64,000 nucleotides of DNA, taken from NCBI GenBank assembly GCA_002269645.1, contig NIVC01000001.1, forward strand, positions 1 through 64,000. The letters are read 5' to 3'. The position numbers and the translations under genes are program-made. Within the stretch, counting starts at the first letter, position 1, and every line of letters begins with the position of its first letter. Positions 1-12,972 of this stretch are shown here, piece after piece. Source of the stretch: Macrostomum lignano. Its lineage: Eukaryota. The notes below the pieces were generated by a model. The model saw nothing but the letters and a program-made list of their open reading frames with translations. It ran no database searches and was not told the DNA's origin.

Positions 1-24
1 AAAAATCCTGATCCGGTTTTTCCT

Positions 25-424
25 GATCACCAACCTATCCTGATCACCCTATTATCCTGATCACCCACCTATCCTGATCACCCACCTATCCTGATCACCC
101 GCCTATCCTGATCACCCTATTATCCTGATCACCCACCTATCCTGATCACCCACCTATCCTGATCACCCGCCTATCCTGATCACCCACCTATGCTGATCAC
201 CCACCTATGCTGATCACCCGCCTATCCTGATCACCGCCTATCCTGATCACCCACCTATGCTGATCACCCACCTATCCTGATCACCCGCCTATCCTGATCA
301 CCCGCCTATCCTGATCACCCGCCTATCCTGATCACCCACCTATCCTGATCACCCGCCTATCCTGATCACCCACCTATGCTGATCACCCACCTATGCTGAT
401 CACCCATGCACCTATCCTGATCAA
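25..424. repeat. 17-bp tandem minisatellite (CCTATCCTGATCACCCR)
   Basis: Unit repeated about 20 times, with occasional TATGCTG variants. Confidence 0.95.
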
Positions 425-522
425 CATCTGATAAACCATTGGATTAGATATAAATGTTACCTATTAATCCTTTGCTGAGACTGAAATTACCTTCTTATCA
501 ATCTGGAAGTGCCGCTGCGGGT

Positions 523-1731
523 TCAGCACCCACTGCAGGTCGCCAACGCCGTCAGTCTGTTGGCTGGCCTCGTACTGCTGCCTGGCCAGCAGCTGCTGCT
601 GCCTGAGCTGCTGTCGGTCATTGGAATGTCATGATCAGGGAAAGTGTCCTCGCGAGCTAGCAGGCTGCCGGGCTCCTTGGCTGCCGATCTGAGCACTGGC
701 GTCGGCCTGGTGTTGTTCTGATTCTGGCTGCTCGCCATGCTCATCAGGGTGTGGCTGCGACCGAGTAGTCTGTAATAAATGTTAGCGTTCTTCACACTCA
801 ATATCCAAGCTGCACTACTGATTTAGTAGTCAAAACAAACTGCGGCAGTAAAAACCTGTTGACTTGCGGCACCCGGGCTCCTGGCAGCACCAGACGCGGG
901 GTTGAGGACGGCGCGACAACGGCCTGACGAAACGAAGGACCGCGCGTAGATACGAAAGGCTCTGGTCGGCAGCGGGTACTTCCACTTGTTCAGCTGGCTC
1001 TCGCCTTTCTCGCCCAGGCTGTTGACGTTAAGGGCAAATTCGGTTCATGCCACGAGTCACATAGTTGCAATCTAAAGACTAAATTAACAAAAAGCTGGTT
1101 TGAAGGTTAAGATAGTCTCTTCAAGACACCGTCAAACATATGACCAGCTGAAAGTCCATATTAGCTTTCAATGATGTAAATTCTGTGGGACTTTATATGC
1201 TTAATTATTATTTATTTTAGAGGCAGGGGGCTGTGTGCACCCTTGTGCACTTTAAGCGACATTGTCACACAACCGGCGAGAGGCATTGCTGCCCATTCCG
1301 CCGACTCCCCTGAGCAGGCACACAAGCGCGCGGATACGTACGCAGTCATACGCACAGGCACACACTCACACAGGAGTGTACAGCGGCCCTAACTTTATTT
1401 ATGGTTAGGCATGTACACTTCACTGTGCCCTGGGGGTTGGGTCTCAATGCCGTTAATTGCACGAGCAGAGCCAAGCCGAGATTCCAATTCAGCCTCACAT
1501 CAATGCGACTGCACTTGCAGCCGCTGGCCAAATGTAAATTCTTACTTCTCATAAGGATTAGTGTGGGTGTACCCGTATCTGGAGTAGATACCACCCACGT
1601 CCTCGTAGTCTGGCGTGGCCGGCAGCCGAGGCAGCCTGTAGGGCGTCTCCCGGGTGTCCTGATCTGCTGGCAGCCGGAATCCGACGGGCATCTCGCCAAG
1701 CTGAGGTAGACCCTTGGCGGGGCGCTGGTCG
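523..1731 (-). CDS. Uncharacterised spliced gene, partial (internal/3' exons)
   Basis: Exon ~1731-1546 (...YEDVGGIYSRYGYTHTNPYE, donor GTAAGA, phase 2) joins exon 1018-856 (N-LGEKGESQLNKWKYPLPTRAFRIYARSF..., acceptor CAACAG). A further acceptor lies at 769 (TTATTACAG). The 3' frame and 5' exons are unresolved and I recognise no family. Confidence 0.5.
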
Positions 1732-1821
1732 CTGCGATGGGGTTGGGATCGGAGCTCCTTAACTGGTTGGCACAAGGTTAAAGCAACTCTCTGGTCTTTG
1801 TTTTATGCTGAATGTACAGCT

Positions 1822-3075
1822 AAATTTGTACAGTTTGTACAGACTGGAAGCCGAGATTGATACAGTTTGTACAGACTGGAAGCCGAGATTGATACAGTTT
1901 GTACAGACTGGAAGCCGAGATTGATACAGTTTGTACAGACTGGAAGCCGAGATTGATACAGTTTGTACAGACTGGAAGCCGGGATTGGTACAGTTTGTAC
2001 AGACTGGAAGCCGAGATTGATACAGTTTGTACAGACTGGAAGCCGAGATTGATACAGTTTGTACAGACTGGAAGCCGAGATTGATACAGTTTGTACAGAC
2101 TAGAAGCCGAGATTGATACAGTTTGTATAGACTGGAAGCCGGGATTGATACAGTTTGTACAGACTGGAAGCCGAGATTGATACAGTTTGTATAGACTGGA
2201 AGCCGAGATTGATACAGTTTGTATAGACTGGAAGCCGAGATTGATACAGTTTGTATAGACTGGAAGCCGAGATTGATACAGTTTGTATAGACTGGAAGCC
2301 GAGATTGGTACAGTGTGTACAGACTGGAAGTTGAGATTGGTACAGTTTGTACAGACTGGAAGCCGGGGTTGGTACAGTTTGTACAGACTGGAAGCCGGGG
2401 TTGGTACAGTTTGTACAGACTTGAAGCCGAAATTGATACAGTTTGTACAGACTGGAAGCCGGGATTGTACAGTTTGTACAGACTGGAAGCCGGGATTGAT
2501 ACAGTTTGTACAGACTGGAAGCCGGGATTGGTACAGTTTGTACAGACTGGAAGCCGAGATTGGTACAGTTTGTACAGACTAGAAGCCGGGATTGATACAG
2601 TTTGTACAGACTGGAAGCCGGGATTGATACAGTTTGTACAGACTGGAAGCCGGGATTAGTACAGTGTGTACAGACTGGAAGCCGAGATTGGTACAGTGTG
2701 TACAGACTGGAAGTTGAGATTGGTACAGTTTGTACAGACTGGAAGCCGGGATTGGTACAGTTTGTACAGACTGGAAGCCGGGTTGGTACAGTTTGTACAG
2801 ACTTGAAGCCGAGATTGATACAGTTTGTACAGACTGGAAGCCGCGATTGGTACAGTTTGTACAGACTGGAAGCCGGATTGGTACAGTTTGTACAGACTGG
2901 AAGCCGGGATTGGTACAGTTTGTACAGACTGGAAGACGGATTGGTACAGTTTGTACAGACTGGAAGCCGAGATTGATACAGTTTGTACAGACTGGAAGCC
3001 GGGATTGGTACAGTGTGTACAGACTGGAAGCCGGGATTGGTACAGTTTGTACAGACTGGAAGCCGAGATTGGTAC
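1822..3075. repeat. 32-bp tandem minisatellite (TACAGTTTGTACAGACTGGAAGCCGRGATTGR)
   Basis: About 39 copies; source of the repetitive MYRLEAEIDTVCTDWKP ORFs. Confidence 0.97.
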
Positions 3076-4038
3076 TGAAGCTTTCACAGAAGCTAAAAAT
3101 GGTTGTCAACTTTTTGCAATGCAATAAAATCTGTGATAACAAAAGCTGCAAGAATATGCGGTCACTCCAGACTCACCCCACACGCCGTTCTGTAAGCATA
3201 GCCCCAATTTTCGGCGAAAGGTTTACTATGAGGTTATCAGTCAAATCGGCAGATGCACAAAGACCACAAGCTATTAAGAAGGATAACTGTATTTGAAGAT
3301 GGAGTTCAGGCTGCTCAGGCTCAGCGCCGGCTAAATGGCTGCTGCTGTCTTGATTTCTTTGAGAATGCTCAAATAGAGAGCGAGAAAAAGGAGAGAAAGG
3401 AATGAGAGAGGGACTAGCAGATAGAAATAACGCTCATAGCACTTAACCAGCCAGTTACCTGGGTTTGCACTCGCACTATAATAATAGCCTGAGCAGGCCG
3501 CTTGAATCCAGCTCAGAGCCGAGGGGCAGTGTTACCGACAGACGTGCACAGACCATGGATGCTTTTGCTCTGCTATAAAAGGGTCTCACACTTTAGATAT
3601 TGAACCGGGGTTGGCGGGGTTGCAATTGCACACTTCGGCCTCAAAATACGCAGTTACGCCGAAAATCAAATGGCGACATTATTGCGGTCGCATGCTCACT
3701 TCTTGGCAACCATAAGCCCATAAACTAAGATGCATTTAATTACAACCTCTGTGCCTTTCGGTTTGGCCCTTAAAATTGGATTGTATTGAAAGACTAAGCT
3801 CTAGATTCCAATAGATAGAGGTCCACTGACCCCAATTAATGTTGTCGAGCGCGGATTTGAACCATGGATGGGGAGGCTGGGGAAGGTAAGCATATTTGTC
3901 GTATCGCCAGTGCCTTTCTTAAGGCACTTCTACCGCAGTTGTACATGATTCGAACCTACAGTATGTCCAAGGACTTAAATGTAAGATTAATACACATTAG
4001 CACCTTGCCGACCGGTTCCTATAAGCTATTCCTTATCG

Positions 4039-4290
4039 AGAGTTGTAGCCTAATGATTAGAGCGTCGGACACACGACTGGAAGGACGGGGGTTCGATTCT
4101 CGATCGACTCGGAACAATTTGTGTCCATGAGTAAGACACTTAACTCTGATCGAGGGTGTGTGTGTGGCGACCCCGACTGAACAGCCGTACGCAACCTTCA
4201 GATGCGCCGCGCAATAGCTGCGGCTGAGCTGTCGGTTGCACATCGCGGCCCATTAGGGCAGGTGTAATGAAATATATTATTATTATTGCT
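4039..4290 (+). mobile_element. tRNA-derived SINE with CORE-like central motif
   Basis: Pol III A-box-like TAGCCTAATGA (4046) and B-box GGTTCGATTCT (4090). GTGTCCATGAGTAAGACACTTAACTCT (4121) resembles the CORE-SINE motif GTG(A/T)CCTTGGGCAAG(T/A)CACTTAAC. Ends in an (ATT)n tail at ~4276-4287. Confidence 0.75.
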
Positions 4291-5102
4291 ATTAGTTATT
4301 CAATAATCAGGTAATTCCTCAACTGGAATGTCTCGAATCGCTTTGAATTTTGTCAGTACATAAACAGTAAATATAGAAGTACGATATTAATAGGAAAAAG
4401 TTCCACCTTCAAAGAGCAGCCCATCGCTTCACTCACCAAAAGTTCCAAAAACTTCCTTTATTTCCTGTCTTCTTTTATCTGCTTTGACTTTGATTTGCAA
4501 ACAATAGCGAACAATGGAAGATCGCTGATGCTCTCAACCTTCTAGTGCGACTCGCGGGGCCAAGCAGCAGACTTTATCTGCAACATCCTCTCTGCTCAAC
4601 CATCTCCCCCCTGTCCCAGTTCACCTTTCTGACTCTTCCAACAGACTGTGAGCTAAGAGAGAGGGGCGCAGCTCAGTGACCGCGGTCGGTCCGTACGCAG
4701 CTTGCATGCATTCCATGCCAGGCAAATATGGCAATGGCCAACCACTGCCACCCAATGCTTTTTAGCCAAGCAAGCAAAAGCTTGACAATGGCTGATGGCT
4801 GCTGGGTGATGGCGGGAAGTCTCTCAGCAAACCGGCATGTACTCAGAGTCTAAACTCCACTGCAACACAAGCTGCATCATCCCGCGGACTCAGTTGCCAC
4901 GGAGGGGACGGTCGCTTCTTTTTTGCTTTTTAACTTTATCATCCACCCTTGCGGAAACTGAAGCTCAGTCTCCACTGCTGTGGAATTCCACGCTTCAGTG
5001 TAATAGAATTTTATTTTACTGCAATAATTTTCGGTGAAGCAAAGGCCAGAATTAAAACCCCCTAATCCGAAACTTAAAATTAAGCGCCTGGATGGGATGG
5101 AT

Positions 5103-5775
5103 GGATTAGCAATCCATTCTATTCCTGCATCCTTGTGGGCTAGATTAGCAATCCATTCTGTTCCTGCATCCTTGTGGGCTAGATTAGCAATCCATTCTAT
5201 TCCTGCATCCTTGTGGGCTAGATTAGCAATCCATTCTATTCCCGCATCCTTGTAGGCTAGATTAGCAATCCATTCTATTCCTGCATCCTTGTGGGCTAGA
5301 TTAGCAATCCATTCTATTCCTGCATCCTTGTGGGCTAGATTAGCAATCCATCCTATTCCTGCATCCTTGTGGGCTAGATTAGCAATCCATTCTATTCCTG
5401 CATCCTTGTGGGCTAGATTAGCAATCCATTCTATTCCTGCATCCTTGTGGGCTAGATTAGCAATCCATTCTATTCCGCATCCTTGTAGGCTAGATTAGCA
5501 ATCCATTCTATTCCTGCATCCTTGTGGGCTAGATTAGCAATCCATTCTATTCCTGCATCCTTGTGGGCTAGATTAGCAATCCATCCTATTCCTGCATCCT
5601 TGTGGGCTAGATTAGCAATCCATTCTATTCCTGCATCCTTGTGGGCTAGATTAGCAGTCCATTCTATTCCTGAATCCTTGTGGGCTAGATTAGCAATCCA
5701 TTGTGTTCCTGCATCCTTGTGGGCTAGATTAGCAATCCATTCTATTCCTGCATCCTTGTGGGCTAGATTAACAAT
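5103..5775. repeat. 39-bp tandem minisatellite (GATTAGCAATCCATTCTATTCCTGCATCCTTGTGGGCTA)
   Basis: About 17 near-identical copies. Confidence 0.97.
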
Positions 5776-6748
5776 CCATATATCACTTCAGGATGAGCTC
5801 AGTCTAAGCGAGCAGAGAACCATAACTCTGTATAGCAAGTTCCAGCGGAGAGCATTAAAGTACATCACACCTGCTCTCCATTGTTCTGCAGAGAAAATTC
5901 ATTTCTTCGCTTGGAGCCTCGCCAAACTCACTTTGCTCTAGCTTAATTCTCCGTTACCATGGAAACGGCTATTGGATTTTCTAGAAAGAAAAAGAAGCTT
6001 GCTACACTTTTTATAGCTCTCAGCTTCTTTAAACTCCCTGAGACTCAATGGAAGGAATTTAAAAAATGTTTTCCATAAGAGGCAGGTGCATAATTAATTT
6101 AGCAATTTTGGCCGAAATGGTTCGTGTCTAATAAACCAATGGCTGCAAAGTTATCTTGTTCGATATTGTTTTTAACACGTGACTGCATTGCTGCATTCCC
6201 TACGAAATTGATTGAATATTTCGGAATCGTAGCACATGTTTTACTATTCCGTTCAATAGGTTTTTTCTGAATAATAAACTTTTTTAATCGTAGATCATAA
6301 GCTCAAGAAAATCTAAAAAGGTTAGAGATTAAGACAATACGCCCGTATAACAAAGAAAATATGAGACACTATAATAGCATTAATACGAATGTTGTGAAAG
6401 GGCGCAGTTGAAAAAGGTGTGTCAGAATTACAATCCGATGTAGATAACGAGCATTGGTTCAAGCAATTTTTTGTCTTTCGCTCAAGCTACTCAAAGTAGT
6501 AGTTACAAGGCAGTAAAAAATATTAATGGAGCGGTTCGGAATAACCGGAAGAAGCATTAAAATAAGAATCAAGTGACAACAGCTAGCTAGATGGGACCGC
6601 GTGTTTAAATAAAGGGGGAATAACAAGGTCTAGTTTAAAGATATTATATATAGATCGGTAATGTTATACGTGTGTAGTTGGTTAGTTGAAAAAAGTGGTT
6701 TTTTAAGTTCTTTCCTGCTTGACTCAATGGACTCCCCTCACATGCTGC

Positions 6749-8765
6749 TCAAAGGCTAGAGGGCTGAATCTCATTGTCGAAATCTTCAAACATGCTCTTC
6801 GCTCGTGTCTGAGCAGTCGAGGCTTCGTGCGCCCAGGCGTCCTTGCCAACCGGGGCGCCGCCATCGCGCCTGGCGGAGTCGCTGACGCGAGATCGATTGC
6901 GCCGGAACTTTGAGGCCATCAGGAAGAGCAGCTGGATGAACTCTGTGCAGGAGATGATGCTCAAGCCAGCCCAGAGTCCTGTGGTTTTTTTAAATATCGT
7001 TGCGTTGTGTTGTGTCAAATAATCAACTTACTGCATGAAGATAGTCATGCAAGGATGTCATTATAAAACAACAATACTCACCCAGAACTCCGCCAACATC
7101 GGACCAGAACTGCTCGGGTGGGTAAGAGTACTTCTCCACAGTGCTGACGCCTTCGTTCCCGTTAGCCAGTAGTACAACTCGCGTAAACAGCAGGCGCGTG
7201 CTCAGGCCGAGCTTGAAGAGATTCTTGCCGACTCGCTCCAAGTCGCCATAATAGACACTGTTGTTTATGGCCCATTCCTTATATAAATTGCTAGTCTTGG
7301 CCACTTCGTCCAGTTTGGCTTGGAAGTTTTTGTCGCTGAATTCGGAGATAAGCTTGGTGGAGAGGCTGCTGAAGGGGTAGGCTACAGTCTCGCATGGTTT
7401 AAGACAGCTGTCCCTATAGCCTGGGTTCTCAGCTAGAAATGCCTCGGCGTCCTTGTGACACTGGCGTCTGGTCAAGATGCCAGTAGCTTGGGCCAACGCC
7501 ATCGAATCCAGGTAGGTGGTGTTCCATTTGCTCCAGTAGGAGTAGTTGCAGGGAAGTGTCAGATTTACTGTGGCGTTCCAGCAGAGCGTGAAATTCGTCG
7601 ACGCAACGTACCGATCGATGTACTGAACAGTTTTATTGGCGACAGTCGTGTATGGATACTGGATGAGACTGGGATCGATTTCGTGACAGTAGGGCTTGGT
7701 GCTGGCCAGAGACGACGGCACGAGGTACTTCTCAGACAGGCAGGAACACCTGCCGACTATGATCTCCTGGGCCTTGACACTTTCGCAGGCATCTTTAGTG
7801 TAAGCAAACGATCTCAGTTTATCAAATTGCAGCAGGGTCAAAGGGCTCGGATTCTCGGCGCACTTTTTTACAGGCGAGTTGATCGACTTGGACCGTTCGA
7901 TTCCGGCGCTAATAACGTAGTTGCGCGTCTCCGATACCTGCACATCCTGCGAGTGGTCCGGAACCGTGTTCGGCGGATGAACGTACATGGAGTAGCCAAA
8001 GTTGAAGTCAAACCTCTCCATATTGGTAATTGCTTTGTAGTAAGGAACGCTCGGATTCTGTACAAATATGAAGGAGAACAGCATTAGGTCCAAGGCGCTC
8101 TGCTCACCAGCCTGGAATACCCGCCTGTCTGTCATGGAAACGGTAACGCAAGCTTCACTCAGAGGATCGAAGAAAATAGTCATGTTCCAGGGTCCGCAAG
8201 TTTCGCCCCGAAAGTTGCAATAGAGGACCGTTGTCACCGGATTCCGTGTCATGTTGGCCTCGACCGTGTACTTACGAAGCGAGTAGCGAGCAATCTCTGG
8301 GGCGATGAAGCCCTCACCAGCGGCTGTCCAGAAATTGTACGTGTTGCGGAAGGCTGTCTGGACGCTGAGATCACCGCCTAGTGATGGTATGGTAGCGTTG
8401 GAGTCCTGCGTACAGGCCAGATCGCGACGGCACCATACGGACTCGTGATAAGGTTGATTTGGGCAGAATGTCACGTCGGGCAGCACAAACGGCTCGCTGT
8501 TGTACTTCGTCTCCACGGTGACAATGTACTGCAAATAGTTTATAGCCAGGAGTATGATGTGCACCCCGAACGCAATCAGGGCGCAACAGATAATGAGCAT
8601 CCAGAGACGACGCACTGCTTTGTTCTCTACTCGCAGCTTATAGAAACCATGTGCCGTCGTGTGCTGTAGAAAATTGTTGAGAAGAGGCTCCGGTTGTTGG
8701 CCTCCTGTAACTGGGTTATCTACCGACTCCTCCGCTTTGGGAAGATTCTCTTGAGAGCTCGACAT
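6749..8765 (-). CDS. DEG/ENaC (amiloride-sensitive sodium channel family) subunit, ~637 aa, 2 coding exons
   Basis: Exons 8765-7082 and 6978-6749; phase-1 intron GTGAGT...CACAG. N-terminal TTAHG motif, TM1, PDVTFC post-TM1 motif, Cys-rich thumb (C...RCSC), and TM2 WSDVGGVLG|LWAGLSIIS with the GxS filter. Confidence 0.95.
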
Positions 8766-10081
8766 TCTTCCGTTGAACTACTGCTTTGGTTCAACTGGAG
8801 ATTGAAACAAGTAAGAACTGTCGGGTGTGTATGCTAACTGAGAGGCAGGTGGTTAAGCTTTAAATTAGTAAAAGGAGCGAGACTTACCACCGATGACGCT
8901 ATTCTCCACTGGGTTTGATATTGCCGTCTCCAATACAACTATCAAGGTCCAGGCGTGAAATTTAAGTTTGCCCAATCTTCTTTAGTCAAATTTCTCACGG
9001 GTGGGTCTGCATGTTTTTCCTCTTTTGTCGGCCTCTTTTTTTAAAGCTTCCTGATGAAGAACCGAGGAAATTAACTTTGCCCGCACCTCAGCCTCGTCCC
9101 CCGTTACTAAAAAAGCAATGCGTGGGTGAGTGGTTGATTGCCGAATAGGGAGCTGCGCTGGAAGATTGGCAGCAAGTTTTCTTGCATTTCGATTGGCCGC
9201 GAATTGCAGCGGAGACTGCAACAGCCAGAAAATACGAGTAAGTATTGGTCGTTTGTTGAAGGAGAAAACTTTTTTCTCCTTCCCGCAAACCTGAGCACCA
9301 CAGCGCCTGACTTTTTGAGAAGAAAATTAGATTTCCCCCCTTCTCACTCACGCGTGGATCGATAGCGCCGGTCCGTGTGGCCTTCCGTTTTCCATCTTCC
9401 TGAGGGTCAATGCAACAGCCGCTAGCTAAGAAAAACTAACCTGAGAGCCTCGTAGTGAGCCTTCGTTAGAGAAGGAGAGGTTATTTCAGCTTTTTATTAA
9501 TAATTCAGAGTTTGTAATGCCCTTCCTCGCAGTTACCAAGGCGACGGCAGTGCTACTAATCACAAAGTCTAATATTCCAGGCGAAATTTTCTTCAGAATT
9601 TCTACCTCTCCTGAAGCCTCATCAACTTGATTAAGTCTCTCTTCCTAAACTCACGGATTGGACCACCCATGAATAACTGCCCCCCTCCCCCACACTGAGC
9701 AAGCCGTCGCTTTGGTAAGCGAACCTCTTAAAGTGACCGTCACGGTTAGAGACTCCGGTTGTCAACGGCAACCAACAAAATCACCGGTACGGTAGATTGC
9801 CGCCCATCGTTTTTATTGCCTTGTCGGTTCTTTTGTGCCAGAAAGCACACAGAGAGAGCTCTAAAACCCGCAGGAAAAGAATTGGTCCCAAAGGACCGTC
9901 GTGATTTAAATTTTCCATTTCCACTACTCAATTGTCTTAATTTGAGCATCTTGGTCTTAAGGAGGTAAGAATTCATTTGTCTCTGAAATAACCGTAGCAA
10001 TAGTTTTATTAGTAGCCAGAAACTATATTATGATTATAGCTTACACAATTTCATCGTATAATCTTATAATTTAAACTGTCG

Positions 10082-11948
10082 ATGTCTGTTTCTATTTGCT
10101 CGAATAGGCCAGAGATGGACGAGATTAAAAAGGAAAATGCTGCTCAAAGTGGCATTACAGGCGATGAACCCCAGGACTCCGACAAAAAACCTTCGCAAGA
10201 AGACGGAAACGGCAGCGCTGGTATAGTATCCGAGTTCTTTGTGACTACAACGGCTCATGGTTTCCTGCATATTGTTCAAAACTCGATTTACCTCCGCATT
10301 GTCTGGGCTCTGCTTATTGTGATCGCGTTTGGAGGATTTGGCCTCCATCTGAGCACTTTGGTGGAAAAGTACTTGTCCTATCCGCTGACGACAGAGATCC
10401 GGTATTCGGAGGTTGAGTTCGAATTCCCTGACGTGACGGTCTGCCTTACAACAAAGTACAGGCACTGCCTCAACATTGACGTCCGCGATCCAAGAATCGG
10501 TCTGGTGACTAATAGCACTGTGCCAAGCCTTGGAAATTACAATTTCTGGTCGGCACTAAACAATACCTTTACGTTTTGGAAGCAGGCTTACGGATTGAAG
10601 GACGATTTATTGATCAAATACAGCACTGTCGGTATGCGAAGCTACACGTACGAGATCAACATAACGAACCGGCGCACCGATATCGCCACGGGAATCGAGT
10701 ACAAGCAAAAAGCTTTGAACCTCGACAACGTCGTGGCCTACGACGATCCCGAGTTGTTCCGCTGTGCCACTGTGCGACCTAAGAACCGAGCCATCAATTC
10801 TGTCAACGATGCCATGGGTCTCATACTCAGCATATTCGATCAGTACATTGGAAATAAGACCACTCCGCTGATAGACCGAGCCTGGGTTGCCGGCGTGCGA
10901 GTCACGCTTAGCGAGCCGAACGCCCGGCCAAACTTGATCAACTCATTCATCGTGCCACCTGGCACCATCAAGCATACAAAGGTTTCCATGACCAGACAGG
11001 AAAAGCGAAAGACGCCAAAGCAGGATTGTTACGAAAGCTCTAACGACCTGCCCATTCAGGTGTTGAATCCGGATGGCACGCTATCCAGCTATCGCTATAC
11101 CCAGTCCGACTGCAGAGAGCTCGAATTACAAAAATATGTCATGCGAAAGTGCGGCTGCGTGAGCAACTTTAAACTCGTCCCGGCCGAGTTCAAGTCGCTG
11201 TCTGGCAGCCTGAAATATTGCCTCGACTTGGACCCAACGATCCTCAAGGCTAAGAAGATTTTTCTGGCCAACAGTTCCTCCAACGGGTCTCAGACGCTTT
11301 TAGTTGAAAAGTTCGATTCATCAGTGGTGCCCATGGAATTGATCCTGGCGCAAACTGGTTTTCGGGCCCAGCATGAGTGCCACTTGAAGGCTCTTGGGGA
11401 CTTTGTTGCTTCGGCGGAGACCTGTCCACCGAGCTGCGTAGCGTACACCTACCAGGCCTACTCGTCCGAGTCTCTGTGGCCGTTTCAGATCGATCAATAC
11501 TTTGCCGAGCGAATTCTCAATCTGTTCCAGTCGGCCTACAACTACAGCCTGGAGAAGGGCCTGCCGGTGCCGCTGTTCAAATGCTTCGAGGCTGGCGCTA
11601 CCATCACCTCGAGGGACTACTGGAAGATGATCGGCTATTTCAACCGGGTGGTGATATCGTCAAATAGTCTGCGGGGCACGCAGTACCAGGAAAAGGAGAG
11701 CTACCCACTTGCTGGTCTGTTCTCCAATATGGGCGGAATTCTTGGTGAGTGGCAGACTAGACGCTACGCGTAACCGACGCGTATTGAAATTTTCAATCAT
11801 AAATCCCTCAAATCTGACACTGACAGGACTCTACGTTGGCGTGAGCGTGATATCGGTGTGCGAATTTCTCGAATTTCTCACCCTGCTGACCGTTCACTGG
11901 GTGAATCGAAAAAATCGATCTTCGGGTAGAAACGAGGCTGCGACTTAA
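10082..11948 (+). CDS. DEG/ENaC family subunit, ~594 aa, 2 coding exons
   Basis: Exons 10082-11744 and 11827-11948; phase-1 intron GTGAGT...GACAG. TTAHG, FPDVTVC, KCGC and TM2 FSNMGGILG|LYVGVSVIS. The start could be the second ATG (MDEIKK). Confidence 0.95.
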
Positions 11949-12972
11949 GCTATCTAACGGTATTAATCCTGTAATATTAGATATGCATGGGCTCACTTCT
12001 GCGCGACATATTCGAATATTTACAGTCGCCTCCGTATAGGCAATTGACAAAAGGCGGAAAACTTTGAATGCGCTAGACTTTAATATCTTACTGCAACCAT
12101 GGAATATTCATATCGTGCTTATATCTGCTTATAAATAGATTACGTTTTTGCACAAATTAACTATTATAGAACATATTTTGTTAACTTTTTAGAAGTCCCC
12201 GGTAGTATCCTTGCGATTCGTTGCCATGCAGAGCTATAATCTTTACTTTAAACCCTGTTGATTCGCTCGTGCGAGTGTATTATTCAGAATACGGATATTT
12301 CAGCTACGAGTAAATGATCTTTTCGCAAGCTTTACTACTACTTGCATACAGTAGTACGTCAGTGCTGGCTCGAACATGCCTCTATTTTCTACTTCGAAGT
12401 ATGAGCTATTTTTGCACGAAAGTCTCTCAATAGTTGCTTGCACCAATCTTGATTACAATACTTTTGCTGTATTTTTTTGACGTCGTCTGTGTAAGTCTTA
12501 CAAAGGCTACTTTATTGACTAAATAAAACTTCTAAGCATCAAAAGCCGATCTCTGTTTTTATCGATTCGACAATCGACAAAAAGAAAAAGAGCTTCAAGT
12601 GTTAAGGCCTGCCATACATGTATAAACAACATAAGTGCCGCTGTATATGGTGAGCCACCAGAATTTTCCTGATAAAAGTGGACAGGTTCTGACTGGCACA
12701 GTCTGGATCGGTATTTTTAGCTGAGCCGTTTTTCTATAGATATTCAGCAAGTGGCTCTTAAAAATAGAAAGCAATTTACATAGCGACCTCGCATTTCGGC
12801 GCTTATCTGCTAAGCTTGATACTTCACAGGCATTAAGTAACGCCTAAATACTTAAAGACACTCCTGCATTGACCTTGCCCGATATTTCAAGCCGGATTTT
12901 TAAGTAGCTTGTTGGCGGAATATTTCTAATCCTGCTTCTTTCTTATACACATCGTGCGGCGTCCAAATTGTA

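Noticed and set aside
1822-3296. Long repetitive ORFs here and at 5.0-5.9, 13.5-14.4, 15.4-16.0, 29-31.5, 40.6-41.3, 42.1-43.7, 49.9-50.5, 52.5-53.2 and 54-55 kb
   Set aside because: They are translations of stop-free tandem repeats, open in several frames and both strands, and mostly lie inside introns of supported genes.
4039-4115. Functional tRNA gene
   Set aside because: A/B boxes are present but I could not form a convincing cloverleaf, and it continues into a SINE body and tail.
7455-8087. Antisense or alternative-frame ORFs over real exons (also 31726-32331, 35980-36453, 45181-46161, 46270-46675)
   Set aside because: They are shadows of GC-rich coding exons and have no independent motifs.
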